Below, one piece after another: positions 1-11,100 of a stretch of 64,000 nt of DNA; positions within the stretch are counted from its first letter, which is position 1, and each line of letters begins with the position of its first letter. Source of the stretch: Raja brachyura (lineage: Eukaryota); the NCBI GenBank assembly GCA_963514005.1, contig OY740801.1, forward strand, positions 23,560,001 through 23,624,000, read 5' to 3'. The notes beneath the pieces were generated by a model, which was not told where the DNA came from, did no database searches, and saw only the letters and a program-made list of their open reading frames with translations. A program made the translations under genes and the position numbers.

Positions 1-29
1 GATGCTACAGTCGAGTTAGAGGAAAGGAA

Positions 30-560
30 AGAGGGGGAATTACATTTTTGGGCTGAGGAATGGCAAATGGAGTTTAACTTAGATAAGTGCAACAAATGCA
101 TTTTGGGGAGTCAGAGGAGATCCACAGAGAATGGTTGGGCCCTGGGGAGTGTTATACAAGAGAGGGTCCTAGCAGGACAACTACATGGTTCCCTGAAAGT
201 GGCGCCATATGGAGGCATGGTGTTTAAGGCGGGTTTTGGCATGCTAGCCTTCATCAGTCAGGGCATTGTATAAAAGTTGGCATATCGTGCAACAATTGTA
301 ACATAAGGGGAAAGAGGTGCCTGATGGGCAACATTTTCACACAGAGGGTGGTTGGAAATGGTAAATGGAACAAGCTGATGGACAAAGTGGATGAGACAGA
401 TACAAAAACACCATTTAAAAGATATTTGGACACGTACATGGGTAAGAAAGGGATATGGATCAAATGCAGACAAAGGGGACTAATTTAGATGAGCATCTTT
501 GTAGGCACGGACGAGTTCGGCCGAAAGGCTTGTTTCCATGCTGAGTGATTCTATGACTTA
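30..560 (+). mobile_element. Old CR1-type LINE 3' fragment
   Basis: Degenerate 'WQMEFNLDKC', 'MLAFISQGI' and TTTTCACACAGAGGGTGG motifs plus CR1-like 3' UTR, similar to other CR1 copies in the window. Confidence 0.7.
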
Positions 561-913
561 ATGGAACAGCTCAAACTGTAATAAAAGTTATCCCTCTGAT
601 GAAGTGACATAAAAAGCTATTTCTCTGAAGCAGCAGCCAAAGATATTTCCTGTGGTAGACTTTATAATTCCGGACAGTCTGGCATTATTTCACTATTCCC
701 CAGAGGGCTCATTAGGATTGTCTCTGAGAGTCTTTTAGACTTTCTTACATTGCCACACACCTCCGACTATGCTATTTAGTATTGTGACTGCTAAATTGCC
801 AGAGACAGCAGAAGCAGATTATGCCAATGTTTAATTCAATAAACATGGCAATTAGAATACTTTAAACAATATAGTATATCTTGAGATAGTTAACTGTGTG
901 ATGATAGTTAAAG

Positions 914-1003
914 GTAAGTATTCTGTGAGTGTACATTGACATGTTAATATCAACTCCCTTATTCTCTCACATTAACAGTGCCACGTATATTTAGTCAATG
1001 TTT
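914..1003. repeat. Left copy of 90-bp direct duplication flanking the Gypsy element
   Basis: GTAAGTATT...GTCAATGTTT at 914-1003 matches 5505-5594 with 1 mismatch seen. Confidence 0.93.
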
Positions 1004-1026
1004 GGTTGCATATAAAACCATCTACA
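1002..1026 (-). repeat. Truncated 3' LTR (first 25 bp only)
   Basis: TGTAGATGGTTTTATATGCAACCAA is identical to the start of the 5' LTR (5504-5480) and directly follows the PPT. Confidence 0.9.
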
Positions 1027-1037
1027 TCCTTCCCCTT
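1027..1037 (-). promoter_or_regulatory. Polypurine tract (PPT)
   Basis: AAGGGGAAGGA on the minus strand immediately before the TG of the 3' LTR. Confidence 0.85.
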
Positions 1038-1084
1038 AGAAAATCAAAACAGACCGTTGTCACTACAAACAGAATTAAACAGAA

Positions 1085-2952
1085 TTAAACAAAATCGCCA
1101 TAACGAACAGGTGGCTTGCTGATCCGGCCCGAGCGCGTACGGATGTCTCCCCCTTCCCCCGGTGGAGCAGAAGAAACAGGAGGACCGAGACAGCAGGGGA
1201 ACCAGGGAAGGGCGGTGGGGTTGGAGGAACGGGGAGGGAGAACCGCGACCGGCAACAGGTGACCCGCGCAGAGGGGAACCGGGCGCTCGATATGGGGATC
1301 GAGGCATGCAGGGAATGCTGGCTGGGACAGCAGCTGGCTGCTGGTATGAGAGTGGCGGGGCGTAGGGCCCCGGGGGCTGCGGCTTCGGCTCATTAACCAC
1401 AAGCAGGTGTTGTCGGCTTCTACGGTAGATGGTTCCCTCATAGTCGACCAGATACGAACGAGGTGAGTCGGCCACCCCAACCACGGTAGCCAGATGGGAG
1501 TGACCACCGGCGGTCTGCAACCGAACAACCTGTCCAGGCAACAGAGGATCGAGTGGTCTGCATGACCGATCGTGGGAACGCCGCTGGCTGTCATGTTTCT
1601 CTTGAATGCGCAGAGGCAGGCTCCAGCACCCAAGGTTTCAGCTGGCGCTGGGCAATCGGGATGGTAGATCTGGTTGTTCTGGACATCAGACGCTGAGCAG
1701 GGGACCCCATGGCCGGATCCCTGGAAACATTCCTGAGGTTCAGGAGATCCAAATACAAATCAGAGTTAGACAGTCTCGCCTGTTCCATCAGAAGCTTGGC
1801 GCTGCGGACGGCCCGTTCAGCAAGGCCGTTGCTCTGTGGGTACTCCGGGCTGCTGGTGAAATGCACAAAATTCCATTTGTTGGCAAAACTCTTGAACTCT
1901 CGGCTGGTAAACTGCCTGTCATTGTCAGTCTGCAGCCTCACAGGGGACCCAAACGTGGAGAAGTGTTCACCATCTCCGACGTGAGGGATGTCAGCAAATC
2001 CACTTCAAACCAGTTCGAGTACGAGTCGACCAGGACAAGGTAGTGGTTACCACGCCACTCGAAGATGTCGGCAGCCAGCGAGGACCAGGCCAAGGCAGGG
2101 GCGGGCTGTTGCAGCAGGGGCTGTCGCTGCTGGTGTGGAGCAAGACTGTTGCACGTGGAGCAGGCAGAAACACGGTCTCGAATATATTTGGCCATTCCAG
2201 GCCAGTAGAATTGGCACTGAGCGTGGGCGAGTGTTGCATCAACCCCGGGGTGTCCGCTGTGGGCTGCGCAGTAGTAAGAATCGAACAGGGAGGACGGGCC
2301 CACCACTTTATGTCCCTTAACGATAACGCCATTCTGGAGCACTAGTTCGTCACGGACCAGGAAGAAAGGCTGTGTTTCAGGCGGCGCAGCGGAGCGCTTT
2401 GTTGGCCACCCTGATTTAATCACAGAGGCAAGCCGCTGCAAAACTGGATCGGCAGCGGTGTGTCGGCCAAAAGCTGCAGCTGCTTGGTGGGAATAAAATT
2501 AACGCCCAGTACGAGTAAGTCCTCTGTTTCGTAGGAGTGGCGAGCACAGGAGGTCCGCGGGGCGCGCGATAAGGTGCCGCAATGTGCATCTCAGTGCCTT
2601 TCTTGTAGATGACGTCAAAATCAAAGCTCTGGAGCTGCAGCATCATACGCTGCAGCCTGGCAGGGGCAGCGTGAATCGGCTTGTTCAGGATTGTCACCAG
2701 TGGCTGGTGGTCGGTTTCGACCGTAAATCTGCTGCCAAACAGGAAGTCTCTGAACTTGGAGCAGGCAAACACCACCGCGAGCAGCTCCTTCTCGATCTGA
2801 GCGTACCGCTGCTCGGTGTCCGTCATGGTGCGGGAGGCATAGGAGACAGGATGTAACGATCCATCGACAGACTGAAGGCAGGCCGCGCCCAGACCGAACT
2901 TAGAAGCGTCACAGGTGACGGTGATGGGGCGACTCGCATCAAAGAATCGCAA
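1085..2952 (-). pseudogene. Gypsy pol RNase H and integrase, split by frameshifts
   Basis: CDASKFGLGA/YAQIEKELLA/TDHQPL (RNase H); H..H..C..C zinc finger; QTDN...SNGLAERAV integrase core; C-terminal RTRSGR..KPPVRY; spread over ORFs 2416-2952, 1938-2441, 1591-1941 and 1085-1633. Confidence 0.9.
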
Positions 2953-2986
2953 CGTCGGAGTGTTAATCAGTTTCGACTTGAGACAG

Positions 2987-5209
2987 TCAAACGCCTGCTG
3001 GTAGTGTGGGAGCCAGACCCAGGCGATATCCTTTTTTTGTCAGCTGCCGCAGGGGAGCACTCAGCTCACTGAGATTTGGTACAAACTTCCCAAGGTAGTT
3101 CACCATGCCCAAGAATCGTTGTAGACCTGGCACGTCGGTGGGGGCTGCCATCTCGAAGATGGCAGCTGCCTTCAAAAGGTCGGGTTTTAGTCCGTTGGAG
3201 GTGAAAACGTGTCCAACATACGTGACTTCTGAGACACGAAACCGGCACTTCTTTGGATTCAGCTTCAGGTTGGCCTTTCGCGCCCGATCCAGGACGCGGT
3301 GGAGGTTCAGGTCGTGCTCGGCAATGTCCTTCCCATAAACTAGGATATCATCCACGATGATGGCACATGGCAAGTCCGAGAATATCTGCTCCATCGTTCG
3401 CTGGAACACCTCGCTAGCGGAATTGATGCCGAATGGCATTCGCAGAAACTTGAATCTGCCGAATGGTGTGGCGAAGGTTGTCAGGTCAGGAGATGCTTTG
3501 TCCAATGGGATCTGCCAAAACGAGTTCTTAGCGTCTAGGACCAAAAAGATGGTGGCTTGCCTGACCTGAGCCGCCACGTCCTCAACAGACCGCATGGGGT
3601 AGTGTGGTCGCCTGATGGCACGGTTTAAGTCCTTAGGGTTAATACACACACGTATTTCGTTCTTGTCTTTCTTTATCGTGGCAACCATGGTGGAGACCCA
3701 ATCGGTGGGCTCGCTAACCGCTTCTAGCACCCCCTTTTCGACCATGTTGTTAAGCATCGCCTCGACCCTGTCTTTCATGGCGTGGGACACCCTGTGAGGT
3801 GCGCGGACCACAGGTTGTACACTGGGGTCAATGGAAATATGGTATGTCAGTGGTAACTTTCCCAGGTCATCGTTGAACAGGTCCTGGTATTCTGCAATCG
3901 GGTTAAACGACAGTTGCACCTTGTGGACCGTGCGGTCGAAGGACACCAGGCCAAGATCTTGGCACGCACGGTTTCCCAGCAGGGTAACACAGTCAGAGTT
4001 CAAAACATAGAAAATCAGGTTTCTCGTGGCCTTTTGCAGCACGCAAGTTAAAGTGGCCCTCCCCACAGGCCTGAGAATTTCTCCACCATAGGCATGCAGA
4101 GTAGCATTGTCAGCGACCAGGGCCTCATCATTCCTTATCTTGTTGAAAAGATTTATTGACAAAACGTTGACCTTTTCCCCAGTATCTAACTTCGCAAGGA
4201 AGGTTACATTATTGACAGTCACAGATACGGAGGGATCAAGACGTTGGCCAGGTGCCTGGAGGAGGGTAAACACATTCGAATCCTCGGGAGAATTAATTGG
4301 ATCTGCATCATAGGATTCAGCAATGTCGGGCTGTGGGTCGTAACAGCTATCAGATTGTTTCAGCATGTTTAGACTGGGTCTGGAAATCTGTACCTGTCTC
4401 CCACAGGAACGGAAGGAACGACAGGCGGCAGAGAAGTGATTCAGTTTTTTACAAAAATTACAGGCCTTGCCATAGGCAGGGCACGTCGACAGTCTGTGGT
4501 GCATGAAGTTACAGTTTGGGCACCTTTTTGGGGGCACTTCATCAGGACCAGGGTTGGCACGCGGCAGAAAAGCATTGTTTCCCCTCCAAGGCTGTGGTCT
4601 CCTAAACCCAGCCAGGTTGACAGATTTATCGCCCGAGTCCCGGTGATCATCTGCCAATACAACGACCTCAGACAATCTGCAGGCATGCATGGCTTTTTCC
4701 AACGTTAGATCCGGATCCCTAAGAAGCTCACATCGCAGCTTCTGGTCACGCATGCCAGTTACTAAAATGTCTCTAGTGAGCTGGTCTGTCATGTCACCGA
4801 AACGGCACCGCTGGGCGAGATAACGCAAATCGTCAATAAAACATTCAACAGGTTCATCCGGCAGCTGTCTCCTTGTAAAGAACCGTGCCCTCTCTAGAAT
4901 GCGGTTCGAGGGCAGGTCACAAATCTCCCTGAACTTACGTAGCAGGCAAGCGGGGTCACTGGCAGATTCTGCAGGAGTAATCACCACGCTGTTGTCGTCT
5001 AGGACCGCTGGAGCGTAGACAAAAGTTCTGGCTCTCTTCATGGCATCAGGTCCGACAAGGTTGAGTAGGAGGGAGGCTTTGAGGGAATCAGGATCAGTGC
5101 GGTGTGCGACGTTGACAAAGTGGGTGAAGTCAAATTCAAACGTGGCCCAGTGCTCAGAGATATCAGCATCAAAGACAAGCTGCGCGTGCTTTCTGCAGGA
5201 GGACGCCAT
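2987..5209 (-). CDS. Gypsy Gag-protease-reverse transcriptase polyprotein, truncated by a frameshift near 3030
   Basis: CCHC knuckle CNFCKKLNHFSAAC, aspartic protease LDTG, RT motifs LDAKNSFWQ, RMPFG and IVDD; likely start MASSC at 5209. Confidence 0.88.
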   Translation of the reverse strand: MASSCRKHAQLVFDADISEHWATFEFDFTHFVNVAHRTDPDSLKASLLLNLVGPDAMKRARTFVYAPAVLDDNSVVITPAESASDPACLLRKFREICDLPSNRILERARFFTRRQLPDEPVECFIDDLRYLAQRCRFGDMTDQLTRDILVTGMRDQKLRCELLRDPDLTLEKAMHACRLSEVVVLADDHRDSGDKSVNLAGFRRPQPWRGNNAFLPRANPGPDEVPPKRCPNCNFMHHRLSTCPAYGKACNFCKKLNHFSAACRSFRSCGRQVQISRPSLNMLKQSDSCYDPQPDIAESYDADPINSPEDSNVFTLLQAPGQRLDPSVSVTVNNVTFLAKLDTGEKVNVLSINLFNKIRNDEALVADNATLHAYGGEILRPVGRATLTCVLQKATRNLIFYVLNSDCVTLLGNRACQDLGLVSFDRTVHKVQLSFNPIAEYQDLFNDDLGKLPLTYHISIDPSVQPVVRAPHRVSHAMKDRVEAMLNNMVEKGVLEAVSEPTDWVSTMVATIKKDKNEIRVCINPKDLNRAIRRPHYPMRSVEDVAAQVRQATIFLVLDAKNSFWQIPLDKASPDLTTFATPFGRFKFLRMPFGINSASEVFQRTMEQIFSDLPCAIIVDDILVYGKDIAEHDLNLHRVLDRARKANLKLNPKKCRFRVSEVTYVGHVFTSNGLKPDLLKAAAIFEMAAPTDVPGLQRFLGMVNYLGKFVPNLSELSAPLRQLTKKGYRLGLAPTLPAGV

Positions 5210-5285
5210 GGTCAGAGAGATAAAGCACAAAAGGCACAAATCAAAAAAAAAGAAAGAAAACCCGATAGACAGGCGATGCAGGTGT

Positions 5286-5303
5286 CTTCCAACTCCGACA
5301 CCA
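5286..5303 (-). promoter_or_regulatory. Primer binding site (tRNA-Leu-like)
   Basis: TGGTGTCGGAGTTGGAAG directly after the LTR terminal CA; tRNA identity inferred from memory of Leu-type PBS sequences. Confidence 0.75.
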
Positions 5304-5504
5304 TGTAAATAAGCAATTCACAAACTCTAAGAGTGTTCAACACCTTTTAATGATAGCACAGAGTATTACATACATCCTCAAGTACTGGCTACATTCTTCT
5401 ACCGAACTGTACCCAGGAAGGGGAAGGCGTTATGATTGATGTTAAGTAGGCGGGGTTAATGGTGCTGAGGTAACTATTATTGGTTGCATATAAAACCATC
5501 TACA
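5304..5504 (-). repeat. Complete 5' LTR (201 bp)
   Basis: TGTA...TACA termini, adjacent to the PBS. Confidence 0.88.
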
Positions 5505-5594
5505 GTAAGTATTGTGTGAGTGTACATTGACATGTTAATATCAACTCCCTTATTCTCTCACATTAACAGTGCCACGTATATTTAGTCAATGTTT
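5505..5594. repeat. Right copy of the 90-bp direct duplication
   Basis: Matches 914-1003. Confidence 0.93.
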
Positions 5595-5671
5595 TTACTG
5601 ATAAATTCTGGTTTAGGGATAAGTCAGTGCGAGCGACTTCAAAGACTGAGAAAATGTTAATAATTTAAGAA

Positions 5672-6264
5672 GTGGCCTGTCCCGCTTAGGCGACTTTTTA
5701 GGCGATAGCAGGAGACTATGTAGTCATCACATGGATGCCACATGTTCGCGGGTGGTTGCCGGGGAGTCGTCTTCATAGTTGTGAGAAGTTCCCGCATTCT
5801 GGGAACTAGTCGCGGCCTCATTATGGTCACCGCTAATTTTTCAACATGTTGAAAAATTAGCAGCGACTAGAATGAAGTAGACATGGAGAGAAGCGAGAAT
5901 TCTCGTGCCATAGGTGGGTCGCCAGGAGGTCCTAGTGGGTTGCCAGGAGGTCGAAGGTTCTCATAAATTCTCGTAGGTTGTAGTCGGTGTTGACCGGTGA
6001 ATTTCATTGGCTCATTGGGGAAAAAAACGTAAGCAGTAGTTTTCAGAACCAAGGATATCTGACCGGTAATGTAAAATGTCCGCCAAGCTTCACAGCCGTG
6101 TGTATCTCTGGCTTCTTAAAAGTTGTCTCCACTCCTTCTCCCTCCTTCTTAACCCTTTTCCCCCCTCTCTCTCCCTCTCTTTTAAAGGACTCGTACACTG
6201 TGCTTTAGCCGTCTTAACCTTCCTGTTCATCGCGGTGTGTGTCTGTATCAGCTTGGCCTTGCAC
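5672..6264. mobile_element. Non-autonomous DNA transposon (PIF/Harbinger-like MITE), left part; appears to resume at ~11821-11900 after the Tx1 insertion
   Basis: Terminus GGCCTGTCCCGCTTAGGCGAC resembles the TIR of 12940-13282 and shares the internal palindrome AATTTTTCAACATGTTGAAAAATT. Confidence 0.6.
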
Positions 6265-6266
6265 TT

Positions 6267-6314
6267 AACGCTTCTCGGCCTTTTGGCTAAGATCAAGTGT
6301 AGTATCTGTTCTTA
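6267..6314 (+). pseudogene. RNU2: U2 snRNA 5' fragment (nt 1-48) fused to the LINE 5' end
   Basis: AACGCTTCTCGGCCTTTTGGCTAAGATCAAGTGTAGTATCTGTTCTTA matches vertebrate U2 nt 1-48 except position 2, including the branch-site recognition GTAGTA; the rest of U2 is absent. Confidence 0.95.
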
Positions 6315-6476
6315 GGAGTGAAAGAGACTATCTGTTCTTTTTAGAACGGTTCTGGCGGTCCCTTGGGGACAAGGGCCGTGGATTGCGGAGCGAACTTGGA
6401 GACGAGGAGTTGTGGCTGCAGGTTTAGAGGTGGATCCATGCTGGTTGGGTAACCAACCTAACACCTTTTAGCCACT

Positions 6477-8141
6477 ATGTCAGCAGGAGCAGGAGGACAG
6501 GGTATTCGCAATACCCTGAGAATAAGCGTGAAGGACATCAGCGAGGGGACCCTCTTCTCACGAGACCTGTTCGTCAAGAAGGTCTTGCTAGGGGCCCTCA
6601 AATTTGAGGCTAAGGAGATCTACTGCCTCCAGGATTTCCCGGGTAACGGATATTTTGACGTTACCTTCAAGTATCCGACGGGATGGCAGAAGGTGATGGA
6701 GGATTTTCGGGAGAGGGGGAATGAAGCTCCGCTGTCGCTGCTCAAAGTGCAGCCGCTTTTCACCCTCCCCACCCAGAAGGAAAGGTTGATCACCGTGCAT
6801 ATGTTCAACCCACATGTGCCGGTAGTCGATGTCCTCACATTCCTTGCTCGCTACGTTGAGGGAACAGGGAACTGTGTGGACGTGAAGGACTTGCATGGAA
6901 TCTGGACGAGCAAGAGGCAAATCAAGGTCAAGCTGAGGGTGGACAAGGACGGAGAAATTGTCCACCCCCCCTCGGTTTTCGCCATCGGAGGGAACCGAGG
7001 CTACCTCAGCTACGTAGGGCAACCCAGGCTGTGCAGGAAATGCAACAAGCCTGGGCATGTGATGGCCCAATGCACTGCAGTTGTCTGCAAAAACTGCAAG
7101 ATGGAGGGCCACGAGACAAAGGACTGTCAGGCCAGTAAGAGCTGCAACCTGTGCGGGGAGGCAGGCCACCTTTACAGGGCTTGCCCTAAAAGAGCCTGCA
7201 CTTATGCACAGGCGACAAGAGGCGCTGCTGCCAGCACCCCCAAGGTGGGCGAAGCGCCCCCCACCACTACCAAGACCCCAGCAGAGAAAGGAAACGCCGA
7301 TGAGGACAGCCCAACCACCTTGAAGCCCCAAGTGCCAGAAGGAGACGCCCAGCATCTCGCCCAGGAGGGAGAATCGATGGAGGAGGAGGAACAAAAGGAG
7401 AAATGGACAACAGTGTCGTATAAGAAGCCGAGGGTTCAGCCCAAGGAGCCGAGGCCGCAAAGGACTGGTAAGTCTAAAAGCAAGCAAATAAAAAGATGTC
7501 TTTCTATTACAGAAGGCAGCAATCTCTCCTCTTCGTCGGAGGATGAGGCGACCGGGAAGTCCCAGCGAGGGAGACAGAGGAGGAAAACGGGGGAAGAGAA
7601 GAGAGAGGCCACGACGATCACGACCCGGCCCCAGGAGACCGAGAACAGAGAAGCGGCGGAAGGGCCCCAACCCCAGGACACCAGGAGCAGTGCAGCGGTC
7701 GAGGGGCCCCAGGCCCAGGACATCGGGAGCAGTGCAACGGTCGAGGGGCTCCAGCCCCTGGCGACAGGGATCATCACAGCGGCCAATGGGCCCCAGCTCC
7801 GGGCAACCGGGAGCAGCGCAACGGCCGATGGGCCCCAGCTCCGGGCAACCGGGAGCATTGCAGCGGCCAATGGGCCCCAGCTCCGGGTGACCGGGAGCAG
7901 CACAAAGGCCGTTGGGCCCCAGCTCCGGGCGACCGGGAGCAGTGAACCAGCCACCGTGACCCAGCTACAGGAGACGGAGGAAGCCGTGTGCCCGAAAGGG
8001 GGTGGAACGAGAAGGCCCCCCTCAACGACACCACTGGTTGCGCCACCAGAAACTCACCTCATCGCTGGATTCCTGAGCCCAGGAAAGCTGAGGCAATTCA
8101 CCGAAACGGTGGGAATGAGGGGACACGAAAACGGTCAGTGA
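6477..8141 (+). CDS. Tx1 ORF1, Gag-like nucleic-acid binding protein (ZCCHC3-like N-terminal part, 3 CCHC knuckles)
   Basis: 554-aa open frame; CRKCNKPGHVMAQC, CKNCKMEGHETKDC, CNLCGEAGHLYRAC; low-complexity C-terminus. Confidence 0.92.
   Translation: MSAGAGGQGIRNTLRISVKDISEGTLFSRDLFVKKVLLGALKFEAKEIYCLQDFPGNGYFDVTFKYPTGWQKVMEDFRERGNEAPLSLLKVQPLFTLPTQKERLITVHMFNPHVPVVDVLTFLARYVEGTGNCVDVKDLHGIWTSKRQIKVKLRVDKDGEIVHPPSVFAIGGNRGYLSYVGQPRLCRKCNKPGHVMAQCTAVVCKNCKMEGHETKDCQASKSCNLCGEAGHLYRACPKRACTYAQATRGAAASTPKVGEAPPTTTKTPAEKGNADEDSPTTLKPQVPEGDAQHLAQEGESMEEEEQKEKWTTVSYKKPRVQPKEPRPQRTGKSKSKQIKRCLSITEGSNLSSSSEDEATGKSQRGRQRRKTGEEKREATTITTRPQETENREAAEGPQPQDTRSSAAVEGPQAQDIGSSATVEGLQPLATGIITAANGPQLRATGSSATADGPQLRATGSIAAANGPQLRVTGSSTKAVGPQLRATGSSEPATVTQLQETEEAVCPKGGGTRRPPSTTPLVAPPETHLIAGFLSPGKLRQFTETVGMRGHENGQ
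7662..7942 (+). repeat. 42-bp in-frame tandem repeat (~7 units) in ORF1
   Basis: Unit GGGCCCCAGCTCCGGGCAACCGGGAGCAGCGCAACGGCCGAT encoding GPQLRATGSSATAD-like 14-mers. Confidence 0.9.
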
Positions 8142-8152
8142 CTCTAAAGACA

Positions 8153-11100
8153 ATGGAGCTCAAACTGGCATCTTTAAACGTGCGCAGTATAAAGAGCACT
8201 GCGCGATGTGTGAACGCCTTACAGTACCTGGCCAAGGTCAAGGCAGATGTGACTTTTCTTCAGGAGTGCGGGCTGCCACACCTCCGCTGCTATCGGAGGT
8301 GGTTGCGATGGTGGCCCCACGGACTGTCGGTGTGGTCGGGGGGCAATGACTGTCGTGCTTCCGGCCTGGGGATTTTGCTGCGGGGAGGGAACTTCGCCAT
8401 CAATGAGGTTAGGGCGGTGGTTGGGGGGCGTCTCCTTGTGGTGGATGTTATGTACCGTGGCTCTCCGCTCCGGCTGATTAATGTGTATGCCTCACCCATG
8501 CAGAGCGAGCGGCTGGCCGTTCTCCAGCAGCTCCCAGTGCTGCTGGCCACGTCCCGGCAGCTCGTTCTGGCCGGTGACTTCAACTGCATCATTGATGCGG
8601 CTGGACGATCCGGCAGTGCCGACAGCAGACTGGACAGCACGTCCAAGTTCCTGAGGGATATGGTAAAAGATGCAAAGCTGCGCGATGCCTTCAGCGACCC
8701 TGCAGGCGGGTCCCAGCCACGGTTCACCTGGTCGAGATCGGACGGTTTAGCCCGATCTCGGATAGACTTTGTCTTCACGACGAAGGCCGTCACGGTGAGA
8801 CACACTGACCTCACGCCGGTGTTCTTCTCCGACCACTGCCTCCTTCAGGCTTCCTGTCACCTACAGGAGGACCGGAAGGCAGGCAGAGGGACGTGGAAGT
8901 TAAACATGAAGCTGTTGACCCCAGAGAACATCGAGGAGCTAAAGAGGGACTACGCATGTTGGAGAACGGTGAAGCCCCTCTTTGACTCCCCCACACTCTG
9001 GTGGGAAGCAACCAAGGAGAACATTAAGAGGTTCTTCATAAGTAAAGGGGTTCAGAGAGCAAGACAGAGTCAGAGGGAATTGTGCCAACTCCAGACAGAT
9101 TTGCAACAATCTTCTGCAATCCTTCTGCAGTCGAGAGGGGTGGATGTGAAGGAGGAACTTAGAGACGTGAAGGACCGGCAAGCTCGGCTCTTTACCTCTG
9201 AATCCTCCAAGATCATCTTCCGATCCAGGGTCCGCCATGTGGAGCAGGATGAGACGTGCTCACGTTTCTTCTTCCATAAGGTTCACAGGGGGAGCTCTGT
9301 GATGAACAGCCTTAGGGAGGAGGACGGCTCGGTAGCATCCTCACACACAGACATGCTGAGGATCTGCAAATCCTTTTACACAGATTTGTATGACCAAAAG
9401 GCCATAGACAGCACCTCCTCCCAGAACTTCCTGTCCTCGATCACGGAGGTCTTGGAGGACAGCAAGCGGGAGAGTCTGGACCAACCACTGACCCTAGAGG
9501 AGCTGACTGGCTCCATCCGTTCCTTTGACTCGGGTAAAACTCCCGGAAGCGATGGCTTACCGGCCGAGTTGTATTCGGCTCTGTGGGACTGGATGGGCCC
9601 GGACCTGCTAGAAGTGTACAACGACATGCTTCTAGCTGGTAGCATGTCAGACTCCATGAGGAAGGGCAACATCACCCTAATCTACAAGCAGAAGGGGGAG
9701 ATGAAGGACATAAAGAATTGGAGACCCATAACGCTCTTGAATGTAGACTACAAGATCCTGTCTAAGGCCATCGCCAACCGGGTCAAGTCTGCTCTGGGAC
9801 AGGTGATCCACCCGGACCAAACTTGTGCTGTACCTGGCAAGAAAATCTCAGACAGCCTAGCGCTGCTGAGAGATACCATCGCCTACGTGCAGGACAGACG
9901 GGTGGATGCCTGCCTAGTCAGCTTGGACCAGGAGAAGGCCTTTGACAGGATTTCGCACACGTACATGAGGGACGTGCTCTCCAAAATGGGTTTTGGGGAG
10001 GGAATCAGGAATTGGATCAATCTGCTCTACACCGACATCCGTAGTGCAGTCCACATCAATGGGTGGGAATCAGACAGTTTCCCTGTAAGGTCTGGAGTCA
10101 GGCAGGGTTGCCCTCTCTCTCCTGTCTTGTTTGTCTGCTGTATTGAACCTTTTGCCGAATCCATCAGGAAGGATGCGAGCATTAGAGGAGTGACACTGCC
10201 CGGCAGTGGGGGCATTCAAGTAAAGACCTCCCTGTACATGGACGATGTCGCTGTCTTCTGCTCGGATCCAGGGTCGGTCCGCAGATTGATTAGTATCTGC
10301 GACCAGTTTGAGTCGGCCACGGGAGCCAGGGTGAACCGCAGGAAGAGCGAGGCCATGCTCTTTGGCAACTGGCCCGACAGATCTTCCGTCCCCTTCACCA
10401 TCAAGCCTGACTTCTTGAAGGTGCTGGGGATCTGGTTCGGGGGGGCTGAGGCGTGTAACAAGAATTGGCTGGAGCGGATAGCCAGGGTGGGGAAGAAGCT
10501 GGAGCTGTGGAGGCAACGCTCCCTCTCCATAACAGGAAAGAATTTGGTCATCAGGTGTGAGGTGCTCTCGGGCCTGCTGTACTTGGCACAGGTGTGGCCT
10601 GTCCCCCCTTCCTACGCCACAGGGATCACCCGGGCCGTCTTCCAGTTCATCTGGGGGTCGAGGATGGACCGGGTGCGACGGGCCACAATGTACAAGTCGG
10701 CAGACAACGGGGGTAAAAGCGTGCCCAACGTCGCCCTCATCCTGATGGCCACCTTCGTGTGTGGCTGCATCAGGCGGAGTGTAGAGCCAAGGCACGTGGG
10801 CACCAAGTGTCACTACCTGCTGAGGTTCTACCTGTCCCCGGTGTTGCGAAGGATGGGCCTGGCGCAGATGCCACGCAATGTGCCAGTCAGCTGGTCACTG
10901 CCGCCCCATCTGTCGTCTGTGGAAAGGTTCTTCCGGACCAACACCTTTGACCACATGTCCATTGGGCAGTGGTCAGCACAGAATGTCCTGCAGGCACTGC
11001 AGGGAAAGGACTCGATGGACCCGGTGGCGTGGTTCCCTGAGCAGACTGCCCAGCTTGTCTGGCAAAATGCCTCATCGCCAGAACTCACCAACAAGCACCA

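Larger units (their letters stand above)
1002..5504 (-). mobile_element. Ty3/Gypsy LTR retrotransposon (probably Mag-like), frameshifted
   Basis: 5' LTR, PBS, gag-PR-RT-RNaseH-IN order, polypurine tract and a 3' LTR remnant, all on the minus strand. Confidence 0.93.

Noticed and set aside
6267-6314. Functional U2 snRNA gene
   Set aside because: Only nt 1-48 are present; there is no Sm site or 3' stem-loops, and the upstream DNA is a MITE.
7662-7942. CRISPR-like array
   Set aside because: In-frame coding tandem repeat without unique spacers, in eukaryotic DNA with no cas genes.
6477-8141. Host ZCCHC3 gene
   Set aside because: It is ORF1 of a complete Tx1 element, directly followed by ORF2 and poly(A).
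7988-8152. N-terminal extension of ORF2 overlapping ORF1
   Set aside because: Starts at a non-ATG codon; APE homology begins at ATG 8153.
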